A DNA stretch of 23,942 nt from Octopus sinensis (Eukaryota): contig NW_021836478.1 in NCBI RefSeq assembly GCF_006345805.1, positions 1 through 23,942 of the forward strand. Direction: 5' to 3'. The notes beneath the pieces are model-generated. The model made no database searches. It saw nothing but the letters and a program-made list of their open reading frames with translations, and was not told the origin of the DNA. Made by a program: the position numbers and the translations under genes. Below, in pieces: positions 8,869 through 19,559 of this stretch; within the stretch, counting starts at the first letter, position 1, and each line of letters opens with the position of its first letter.

Positions 8869-8919
8869 AATATAATATATATATATATTATATATATATA
8901 ATATATATATATATATATA

Positions 8920-9005
8920 GGCGCAGAAGTGGCTGTGTAACAACTTGGGCAAAGTGTCTTCTCCTATAGCCTCAGGCCAAACAAAGTCCTGTGAGTGGAT
9001 TTGGT
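8920..9005 (+). mobile_element. SINE family A, internally deleted head fragment after a (TATG)n/(TA)n tract
   Basis: GGCGCAGAAGTGGCTGTGT joined to CTTGGGCAAAGTGTCTTCT...GTGAGTGGATTTGGT. Confidence 0.7.
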
Positions 9006-9231
9006 TGTTGCTTATTTTAATACAATATTTATGTGTAAGTTTTCATAAATGTTTGTGTGAGTAGAATTCTATGCAAGCGCAAAACATCAGACGAAAGTGA
9101 AACATTAGAAGCAAATTGAAATATTGCCCAAAAATGACCTCAAAATTGTGCGACCCGACCTAGTTTCCAAGGTTATTTTAGTAATAAAAAAGAGTTGCTG
9201 TGCCAAAAACTTAGTTTATTTGATAGCTTTT

Positions 9232-9235
9232 ATAC

Positions 9236-9317
<82 letters not shown>

Positions 9318-9378
9318 GGACGGACGGACGGACGGACGGACGGACGGACGGACGGACGGACGGACGGACAGATAGATA
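9232..9378. repeat. Compound microsatellite (TA)n(GA)n(GACA)n(GACG)n(GATA)
   Basis: Seen directly. Confidence 0.95.
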
Positions 9379-9883
9379 ATAAACACCTTTCTTTTTAGTA
9401 CGGAAGTGATTAATTCGGAGAAACATTACTTTCATTATTCACACATCGTCAATCTCATAATGCAACACTTTGTAATTTTAGTTCAAACTGTAAGCGTGAA
9501 ACTATTTTTAGTTTCTAATGAAATCTGGTCGTTGTAGAGCAGTATCTTTCAAATAACTATAGCTGGTTATTGAGCTAATGTAGAAAATATGTAAATGAAA
9601 ATAAAGTTTATTTGGTAGCTGAAAGATTACTGAACCTTTTGATACCCATACGTCAAAATCGGCAACTCAGTTTTTGAATGCATGAGGAACATCTACACGC
9701 ACACACACACACATACAAACTCTCTTTTTGGCAGCAATGAACAGAGGAACATAAAGATTATTCTTTACTAGCTTAAAAGCCGCACTCCATGCGGACTTTT
9801 AAGCTGGCTCAAGCTGGCTCCTGCAGGGGTCTAATTTGGCCTGCAGCCCTAAAACTAAAGGTAGCTAAATAGCACGACCATAA

Positions 9884-10270
9884 TGGAAGCACTCCGTCGG
9901 TTACGACGACGAGGATTCCGGTTGATCCGAATCAACGGAACAGCCTGCTCGTGAAATTAACGTGTAAGTGGCTGAGCACTCCACAGACACGTGTACCCTT
10001 AACGTAGTTCTCGGGGATATTCAGCGTGACACAGATAGTGACAAGGCCGGCCCTTTGAAATACAGGTACAACAGAAACAGGAAGTAAGAGTGAGAGAAAG
10101 TTGTGGTGAAAGAGTACAGCAGGGATCACCACCATCCCCTGCCGGAGCCTCGTGGAGCTTTTAGGTGTTTTCGCCCAATAAACACTCACAACGTCCGGTC
10201 TGGGAATCGAAAACGCGATCCTATGACCGCGAGTGCGCTGCCCTAACCACTGGGCCATTGCGCCTCCACA
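9884..10270 (-). mobile_element. tRNA-derived SINE, family B, well preserved
   Basis: Minus strand: GGAGGCGCAATGGCCCAGTGGTTAGGGCAGCG (A box) ... TTTCGATTCCCAGACCGG (B box). The body is homologous to 1574-1883 and ~21282-21455. Confidence 0.85.
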
Positions 10271-10849
10271 GCACAACTATAATATGTCCCTAATGACTAT
10301 ATGCCCCTGTGGTGTTTGATCAGAGGTTAAGGACGGATGAGAATTAATTCTGTAATGCAATCATTCTATTGTTCCAGTCCCAGATTGAATTCCAATTGTT
10401 GGCCAGTTTGTCTCAAAGTTCTTACCTCGATGTAAAATTGATGAAGCGAATGTCATTTATCTCCCCCTTGATATCTGACATCATCTGACAAACACCACCA
10501 AGATAACGTGAATCAGCAAAGCCTTACCTGCTAGAAATAGCAACCCAAATGCTTTTAAATCAGATTCCAATGTTGGGTATTCAAGAAACTGTAACGAACT
10601 AACTAGTGTGAATATCTTCTCTGGACCTTTTGGGGGTGCGAGAAGCAATCACTTTCCGTTGCTTTAATAATCCAGATTCTACCAGTCAGAAACAACAAGA
10701 CGCAGACGTAAAATATATATATCTACTTTATTCTCTTATGACAGTAACAAATAAGTGGTATATCTGGGTATCCCTTTGGTATAGATGTGTCAGAGCTGAA
10801 CTATATCGCTGTAGAATTTACAGTGTTCAAATGCTAACGACACTGGTCA

Positions 10850-11085
10850 AAGATGGCGTCCGGAACAGGGAGAAGATGTGGTCTGCAACAATTTGGTTAA
10901 AGCCTTCGGCCGACTGCTATCATATATGGACAGCGAGAAAATATACGTCCGTTGCCCTCGGCCGCTTTGTCTCAAGTCAATGACTGCTGCTGGACGCTAG
11001 TGGTCAACGTCCTACGATCCCCTTGCCTCGGCTAACTGCCACGTAGGCAAATGGTCCTTCTTCCGGGGCTTCGCGCATGCGCCGC
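10850..11085. promoter_or_regulatory. CpG-enriched patch with housekeeping-promoter-like motifs (YY1, ETS, NRF1)
   Basis: AAGATGGCG (10850-10858), CCGGAA (10860-10865), CTTCCGG (11060-11066), perfect GCGCATGCGC (11073-11082). No associated gene was found. Confidence 0.35.
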
Positions 11086-11686
11086 TGTATAGCGTCACTA
11101 CAAAACAAATGATGAGTAGACTTTAATTCCTGGGATCATCCTGGTTCCAAAAGGGCATGACATATCCATGTAGAACAAATGTCGACTGAGATACAGGGAT
11201 CTATCAGCCGGACAGACAGAATTTTGCATTTATTAATATACGTGTAAAGTGATATCAGAATGGCTTACTGGTACCTAGGGTTTCCTGCTAGTAGTATATA
11301 TCTACCAACATTCATTCTGGCGGTAAAAATTATGACTGTATTTACAGGTATTTATTGGCAAACAGCCATGGCTTGGCACCGAGCCACATTTAGTCTGTCT
11401 TCAACCGAACTAATGTTGGCAGAGGCGCTCACGTGTATAAAACAGATGGTTCCTCAGATACTTGTCTCACGTGAAACATAACAGCTACTGGTACATCATT
11501 TTTGTATACACATTCAAAACGTTTTGTATGTGTGTGTGAACATGTATACATACATATAAGTGTGTGTATATCTATACATATATATGTTGACCCCCTTCGG
11601 TCACGAATGACCATGGGATTGCACCTAGAAAGTTACACTTCTAGACACAAGTTACAGAAGTTACACTTCTAGATACTTCTATATAT

Positions 11687-12098
11687 ACTCTTTACTCTTT
11701 TACTCTTTTAGTTGTTTCAGTCATTTTGACTGCGGCCGTGCTGGAGCACCGCCTTTAGTCGAGCAAATCGACCCCGGGACTTATTCTTTGTAAGCCCAGT
11801 ACTTATTCTATCGGTCTCTTTTGCCGAACCGCTAAGTGACAGGGACATAAACACACCAGCATCGGTTGTCAAGCAATGCTAGGGGGACAAACACACAAAC
11901 ACAAACACATACATATATATATATATATACATATACCGACAGGCTTCTTTCAGTTTCCGTCTACCAAATCCACTCACAAGGCATTGGTCGGCCCGGGGCT
12001 ATAGCAGAAGACACTTGCCAAGATGCCACGCAGTGGGACTGAACCTGGAACCATGTGGTTGTGTAGCAAGCTACTTACCACACAGCCACTCCTGCGCC
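11687..12098 (-). mobile_element. SINE family A, full length
   Basis: (CTCTTTTA)n tail at ~11687; head complement ends CCTGCGCC at 12098. Confidence 0.9.
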
Positions 12099-12114
12099 TA
12101 TACATATATATATA

Positions 12115-12153
<39 letters not shown>

Positions 12154-12254
12154 TATATAATATACAACAACACATACACACAACACATGTACATGTGCAT
12201 GCTGAGGCATACATGCTCGCATGCATACACACAATATGCATATGTATATTTGCT

Positions 12255-12370
12255 TCCGGGTTCAGTCCTACTGCATGGCACCTTGAACAAGTGTTTTCTA
12301 CTATAGCCTTAGGCCAACAAAAATCTTCTCGTTGGAATTGGTAGATGGAAACTAAAAGAAGCCCATCGTA
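12255..12370 (+). mobile_element. SINE family A fragment
   Basis: TTCCGGGTTCAGTCC...GGAAACTAAAAGAAGCCCATCGTA. Confidence 0.75.
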
Positions 12371-12374
12371 TATC

Positions 12375-12406
<32 letters not shown>

Positions 12407-12412
12407 ATATAT

Positions 12413-12829
12413 ACTCTTTACTCTTTACTCTTTTACTTGTTTCAGTCATTGACTGCGGCCATGCTGGAGCACCACCTTTAATCGAGCAAATCGACCCGGG
12501 GACTTATTATTTGTAAGGCCCAGTACTTATTCTATCGGTCTTTTGCCGAACCGCTAAGTGACGGGGGCCGTAAAACACACCAGCATCGGTTGTTAAGCAA
12601 TGCTAGGGGGACAAACACAGACACAAAAACGCACACACAACACATATATATATATATACATATATACGACAGGCTTCTTTCAGTTTCCGTCTACCAAATC
12701 CACTCACAAGGCATTGGTCGGCCCGGGGGTATAGCAGAAGACACGTGCCCAAGATGCCACGCAGTGGGACTGAACCCGGAACCATGTGGTTGGTTAGCAA
12801 GCTACTTACCATACAGCCACTCCTGCACC
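12413..12829 (-). mobile_element. SINE family A, full length
   Basis: Tail at 12413; head complement ...AGCCACTCCTGCACC ends at 12829. Confidence 0.9.
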
Positions 12830-13110
12830 TATATATATATATATATTATATTGCAGCAGCACAGGGTTTTTTTGTATGTTTGTTTCATTTTCTCATTTTT
12901 GTTTTCGTCATAGACGTGTACATTTTTCAGCTATTCCCACTGGCTTTTCGTCACTGGCGCCACCAATAAGTGAATGATATCAACGTTAAAGGCACGAAAT
13001 TGTAATGATCTTTTGCACATTGAATGATGAGCAAGAAGCTACAAGTTTTTTGTTACATTTTTTGTAAAAAATTTTCCGTTTTTTTTGTTGTTAAATTTTT
13101 GAGATATATC

Positions 13111-13365
13111 GTGGCTGTGTGGTAGGAAGCTTGCGTCCCAACCACAGACACACAATGTACGTGTGTGTATATGTTTGTGTGTCTGTGTTTGTCCCTGACA
13201 ACCGATGCTGGTGTGTTTACGTCCCCGTCACTTAGCGGTTCGACAAAAGAGACCGATAGAATAAGTACTGGGCTTACAAAGAATAAGTCCTGGGGGTCGA
13301 TTTGCTCGACTAAAGGCGGTGCTCCAGCATGGCCGCAGTCAAATGACTGAAAAGAGTAAAGAGTA
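13111..13365 (+). mobile_element. SINE family A with large internal deletion
   Basis: GTGGCTGTGTGGTAGG...AACCACA is joined directly to the (TG)-rich middle, followed by a normal 3' half and AAGAGTAAAGAGTA tail. Confidence 0.85.
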
Positions 13366-13496
13366 ATATAAAGAACGTGAAATACACGAAGGGTCGAACA
13401 CGGAAAACAGACAAGTCATTCAATCTTCAAAACATTCAAGTCATTCAAAACAGACAAGCCTTCAATCTTCAGTCAGAAACCTCGGCTGATTAAACT

Positions 13497-13869
13497 CAAC
13501 TCTTTTTACTTGTTTCAGTCATGTGACTGTGGCCATGCTGGAGCACCACCTTTTTAGTCGAGAAAATCGACCCCAGGACTTATTCTTTGTAAGCCTAGTA
13601 CTTATTCTATCGGTCTCTTTTGTCGAACTGCTAAGTTACAGGGACGTAAACACTCCAGCATCGGTTGTCAAGCGATGTTGGGGGGACAAACACAGACATA
13701 CAAACATATACATACACATATATACGACGGGCTTCTTTCAGTTTCCATCTACCAAATCCACTCACAAGGCTTTGGTCGGCCCGAAGCTATAGCAGAAGAC
13801 ACTTGCCCAAGGTGCCCGGAACCATGTGGTTGGTTAACAAGCTACTTACCACACAGCCACTCCTGCGCC
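13497..13869 (-). mobile_element. SINE family A (short B-box deletion)
   Basis: Full layout, but the GGTGCC|CGGAACC junction lacks the ACGCAGTGGGACTGAAC segment. Confidence 0.9.
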
Positions 13870-14095
13870 TATATAAATATATAAATTTTTATTCCTATAT
13901 ATATAGACAGAGAGAGAGAGAGAGAGAGAGATACAGGTAGGCAGGCACAGACAAACTTGTAGACAACCAGATGAAATTTTTAATGAGTTTGTATATAAAA
14001 TCTATGGTTTCTTTGTTGTTTTCAAACTCTGTGCATTCTTAAATGTCAATAGCCAACAAGGTTACACACACACATACACACACACAAACTAAATA

Positions 14096-14125
14096 CGAAG
14101 GCGTGCTGAGAAGTTCCTGGTTTTA
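14096..14125 (+). mobile_element. Isolated mariner-like TIR
   Basis: TA-CGAAGGCGTGCTGAGAAGTTCCTGG resembles the termini at 23072 and 155 (minus). Confidence 0.55.
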
Positions 14126-14258
14126 TGGTCGTACGCACTCAGCACCCGTCCTGCTATGTGGTCGCTCAACCTGCTAGATATAACAGTCAAATGTTCTTCA
14201 AATTACGTTGCTGTTTTTTCTTGAATTTTTTTTTTTTCAACGAAAACATTGGATAATG

Positions 14259-14742
14259 GGATCTTTTCGGTTTGAACAGCAATTTTTTCTCGCGGTGTCA
14301 TATGAAATTGTCACCCATAATTATGACCCTAGTATCGATCTATTGCATTTCAATCTGTTTTAGGGTTAGGGTTAGGGGATCTTTTCGGTTTGAACGGCAG
14401 TTTTTTCTCGCAGTGTCATATGAAATTGTTACCCATAATTATGACCCTAGTATCGATCTATTGCATTTCAATGTTTTAGGGTTAGGGGTGGGTGGAAGGG
14501 TATCTTTTTTTCTTCAGAAATGTAAATAAACCCAATCTGTTTCTTAAACGAGGGACATATTCATACGGCACAGAATGTTGTTTACCTCAATAGACGTCAT
14601 TGATTGGTTGAAATTGCAGAAATTGAAGAAAAAATAACAACAAATATCTTACAAACCATAGAATTTTCTCAATAAAGCCAAGAGAAAAAAGATGTTTTAT
14701 AAACACATTCTACCAGTATACGAAGTTTAAAAGTGTTTAGTT
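14259..14742. mobile_element. Putative non-autonomous DNA element with an internal ~118-bp tandem duplication and TTAGGG repeats
   Basis: GGATCTTTTCGGTTTGAAC starts at 14259 and again at 14377. Its right end (...CTACCAGTATACGAAGTTTAAAAGTGTTTAGTTA) is the reverse complement of sequence that follows the same start motif at 23786-23860. A related fragment lies at ~15525-15570. Superfamily not determined. Confidence 0.55.
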
Positions 14743-15142
14743 ACTCTCTCTTTTACTCTTTTTACTTGTTTCAGTCATTTGACTGCAGCCATGCTGGAGC
14801 ACCGCCTTTAATCGAGCAACTCGACCCCGGGACTTATTCTTTGTAAGCCCAGTACTTATTCTATCAGTTTCTTTTGCTGAACCGCGAAGTTACGGGGACG
14901 TAAACACACCAGCATCGGTTGTCAAGCAATAGTGGGGGGACAAACACAGACACACAAACATATACACACATACATATACATACGACGGGCTTCTTCCAGT
15001 TTCCGTCTACCAAATCCACTCACAAGGCTTCGGTCGGCCCGAGACTACAGTAGAAGACACTTGCCCAAGTTGCCACGCAGTGGGAATGAACCCGGAACCA
15101 TGTGGTTCGTTAGCAAGCTACTTACCACACAGCCACTCCTGC
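14743..15142 (-). mobile_element. SINE family A, near full length
   Basis: Tail at 14743; head complement ends AGCCACTCCTGC. Confidence 0.9.
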
Positions 15143-15719
15143 TGTTTTTTCTTAAAGTTTTTTTTTTTCAACAAAAACATTGGATAATGTACTCCTAGAT
15201 ATGCTATGGCAGAAAAAATAACGGGTACGCCTTTGATCATAGTGCTACTCGATGAGATCTGACCTGGGGCTAAACAACAATTACAGAACGTTTGATAATT
15301 CTCCTAAAAAGCTGTGTGCCCTTACAAAGACTTGTTGGTCATGTTTGGAACTCCTTTGATCACAGGATTACTCAATAGAGACTGACCTGAGGCTAAATGG
15401 CAACCGCAACAACAGGGTTCCCAAGAAGTCCCCTAAACCTAGAAGAAATAGCAGTTGATTCTCCCTCAAATGATGTCCCGAATCTGTTTAGTTTGGCGCA
15501 CAGATTTTTTTAATTAATTTTTTTTTTTAACTAAACAGTTTGAAACTTCGTATACTGGTGGAATTTCTCATCCAGAACATGGTTAACTTTGAACATTTTT
15601 GACAAAATTTCGTTGTATCATGCGACCCCGAGTATCCAATCGCCAAGAGATCCGATAGAATAGTCGCGGTTGGAACGCTTTTGCTGTATCAGGGCTAACT
15701 GATTAAACCCGCCGAGCTT

Positions 15720-15809
15720 TCCACACACACACACACACACACAAATACACACACACACACACATAATACATACATACATACGCGCACAAAAATACATACA
15801 CAACCAAAA

Positions 15810-15864
<55 letters not shown>

Positions 15865-15903
15865 TCAAGGGCACGCATTCACATACACTTAATTCAAGCG
15901 AAC

Positions 15904-15961
<58 letters not shown>

Positions 15962-16330
15962 ACATAAATACACACATAACTACGCAGATACTTATAACCA
16001 CACGAAGATACACAGATATATACAAACAATTGGATACATACGCAATTCCCCTTTACACATATACACACAAAAACAAACACATTCATTAAATCAATCGCAC
16101 ATTACACATACATACCCACACACACAATACATACACAGATACAAGCGGAAACATTCGCATACACACACACACGACCAAATACGCATACATCATATATACA
16201 CACACATACATAAACATACATGCACACGTTCAATGATATATATGTATGTATACATACACACATATGTGCAGACATATACATAGATTCATATATACACACA
16301 TCATGCATACATATAGACACATATGCACGC
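15720..16330. repeat. (CA)n / (TACA)n / (TA)n microsatellite field
   Basis: Seen directly; source of the spurious CV-repeat ORFs. Confidence 0.9.
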
Positions 16331-16360
16331 GTATTCAGAATTCATTCATATACACCCATG

Positions 16361-17391
16361 CAAATTCCGCCGAGGTTGACTTTGCCTTTCATCATTTCGG
16401 GGTTGATAAATAAAGTACCAGTGTCGCACAGGGGTCGATGTAATCGACTTAATCCCTTTGTCTGTCCTTGTTTGTCCTCTCTGTGTTTAGACCCTTGTGC
16501 GTAGTAAAGAAACAGATATTAAATGATGATGATGCCTGATGAAATGAACTCGCCGTAAATTGTTTGTCCCTTCTATGTTTAGCCCCTTGTGGGTAATAAA
16601 GAAACAATATATATGTATATACAATAAATTCAGGGTGAATTCTTGATATGTCGATTATACATTGATGTAAGAATAAGTTGTTTTATAAAGCTTGAAACAC
16701 GTGTACCGTGACATCCTTTGTGTTCTGTGTTTTATTTCATTTGATACATACATATTATATATATTGATAAAACGGTAAGATAACAAAAGAAACACCATCT
16801 CTTCGGTTATCTGGCTATTTTCAAATAGCCAGATAACCGAAGAGATGGTGTTGTGGATTTCCACTTCGGCATCTGAAACTCAGAGTTTTATCTTGACTAC
16901 CGAGTAATGTAACATATTGTATAGATAAATTTCCTCTATTTACATAATATTGAGGTCTCTTTCTTTCTTTTGTTATCTTACCGTTTTATCAATATATATA
17001 TGTATGTATCAAATGAAATAAAACACAGAACACAAAGGATGTCACGGTACACGTGTTTCAAGCTTTATAAAACAACTTATTCTTACATCAATGTTAATCG
17101 ACATATCAAGATTCACCCTGAATTTATTGTATATAACATATATATTGTTTCTTTATTACCCACAAGGGGCTAAACATAGAAGGGACAAACAATTTACGGC
17201 GAGTTCATTTCATCAGGCATCATCATCATTTAATATCTGTTTCTTTACTACGCACAAGGGTCTAAACACAGAGAGGACAAACAAGGACAGACAAAGGGAT
17301 TAAGTCGATTACATCGACCCCTGTGCGACACTGGTACTTTATTTATCAACCCCGAAATGATGAAAGGCAAAGTCAACCTCGGCGGAATTTG
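16361..17391. repeat. Near-perfect inverted duplication (arms 16361-16792 and 16964-17391) with a perfect 30-bp hairpin in the spacer
   Basis: The arms differ by eye only by four small indels. 16791-16820 is the exact reverse complement of 16823-16852 (loop TC). Confidence 0.95.
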
Positions 17392-18183
17392 AACTCAGAA
17401 CGTAAAGACAGACGAAATACCTATTTCTTTATTACCCACAAGGGGTTAAACACAGAGGGGACGAACAAGGATAGACATAGGTATTAAGTCGATTACATCG
17501 ACCCCAGTGCGTAACTGGTACTTAATTTATCGACCCCGAAAGGATGAAAGGCAAAGTCGACCTCGGCGGAATTTGAATTCAGAACGTAACGACAGACGAA
17601 ATACCTATTTCTTTACTATCCACAAGGGGCTAAACATAGAGGGGACAACAAGGACAGACAAGGATTAAGTCGATCACATCGACCCCAGTGCATAACTGGT
17701 ACTTAATTTATCGACCCCGAAAGATGAAAGGCAAAGTCGACCTCGGCGGAATTGAACTCAGAACGTAACGGCAGACGAAATACCTATTTCTTTATTACCC
17801 ACAAGGGGCTAAACATAGAGGGGACAAACAAGGACAGACAAACGGATTAAGATGATTACATCGACCCCAGTGCGTAACTGGTACTTAATTTATCGACCCC
17901 GAAAGGATGAAAGGCAAAGTCGACCTCGGCGGAATTTGAATTCAGAACGTAACGACAGACGAAATACCTATTTCTTTACTATCCACAAGGGGCTAAACAT
18001 AGAGGGGACAAACAAGGACAGACAAAGGGATTAAGTCGATCACATCGACCCCAGTGCATAACTGGTACTTAATTTATCGACCCCGAAAGGATGAAAGGCA
18101 AAGTCGACCTCGGCGGAATTTGAACTCAGAACGTAACGGCAGACGAAATACGGCTACACATTTCGCCCGACGTGCTACACGTC
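17240..18183 (-). mobile_element. SINE family C tandem array: five ~180-bp bodies, one head
   Basis: Unit boundaries fall at ~17240, 17421, 17605, 17784 and 17968. A single head-like segment (CATTTCGCCCGACGTGCTA) lies at ~18152-18183. Confidence 0.9.
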
Positions 18184-18409
18184 AAATGCTTGCTAACTAG
18201 GTGGTCTCTGATGTAATAGCAAAACCTACTAAAAATAGCAGCTAAATCTCCCTCAAATCATTCCCTGCCGTGTATTTTTCTTTCAAAGATGGGAAGAGCA
18301 CGTTAAACAATGTGGTAGTCCAAGATATACGGGATGGTCACGGATGGAATGCTCTTGATATCCATGTCTACTGGATCAGTATTGACCTGGTGCTAAACAA
18401 CAGGTCCCT

Positions 18410-18593
18410 CTCAAACGCACGCATACACACACACACATATATATACACACATGCAGAAGAAAGTTACGCATTACATATTCACACATATACATACACACCC
18501 ATTCATCCACACAGACATATATACGCACATATACACAAACACATATATATATGTGTATGTGTGTGTGATATATATATATATATGTGTGTGTGT

Positions 18594-18655
<62 letters not shown>

Positions 18656-18896
18656 TACTTACGTATAAAGACAGACACGTACATATATAGACATATGCAT
18701 ACATACATTACATACATACACATAATTATATACATTGACATACACACGCACACATACACACACATAAATATAGCCAACAACGCATACCTCACACATATAC
18801 ATACATACATACACACATACACACACACATACATACATATATACATACATATATACATACATACATACATACACACATACATATATACATACATAT

Positions 18897-18927
<31 letters not shown>

Positions 18928-19505
18928 CATACATACTTACATACATACATATATACATACATACATACACACATACATACAGACACATACATACACACAT
19001 ACATACACACATACATACATACAACATACATACACACATACATACTTACACACACACTACATACATACATACATACGTACATACATACATACATACATAC
19101 ATACATACATACATACATACTTACACACACACTACATACATACATACATACATACACATACATACATACATACACATACATACATACATGCACACACAGA
19201 CTACATACATACATACATACATACATACAACATACATACATACATACATACATACATACATACATACATACATACATACATACATACATACATACTTACA
19301 CACACACTACATACATACATACATACATACACATACATACATACATACACATACATACATACATGCACACACATACATACATACATACATACATACATAC
19401 ATACATACATACACATACATACATACATGCACACACATACATACATACATACATACATACATACTACATACATACATACATACATACATACATACACACA
19501 CACAC
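18410..19505. repeat. ~1.1-kb (TACA)n/(CA)n/(TA)n microsatellite field
   Basis: Seen directly; includes a recurring variant block ACTTACACACACACTACATAC, indicating block-level duplication. Confidence 0.95.
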
Positions 19506-19559
19506 ACGCCTGCACGCGCCTTTAAACGCCAACATATCACACACGCAGAAGCAAGCAGA

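Noticed and set aside
10200-10270. tRNA gene
   Set aside because: This is the A/B-box head of a SINE, continuous with the family B body, and I cannot fold a proper cloverleaf. The same applies to other SINE heads.
10630-10983. 117-aa ORF, and the short ATGGCG-initiated ORF at 10853
   Set aside because: TTG start, no recognisable homology, and the ATG frame stops after 15 codons with no good donor site.
14360-14377. True telomere or chromosome-fusion scar
   Set aside because: Only three units, embedded in an interspersed element and partly repeated in its second unit.
2635-14932. Recurrent ORFs such as MSSNARGTNTDTQ.. and MVSSLLTNHMVPG..
   Set aside because: They recur because they are read from SINE A copies, not from a gene family.
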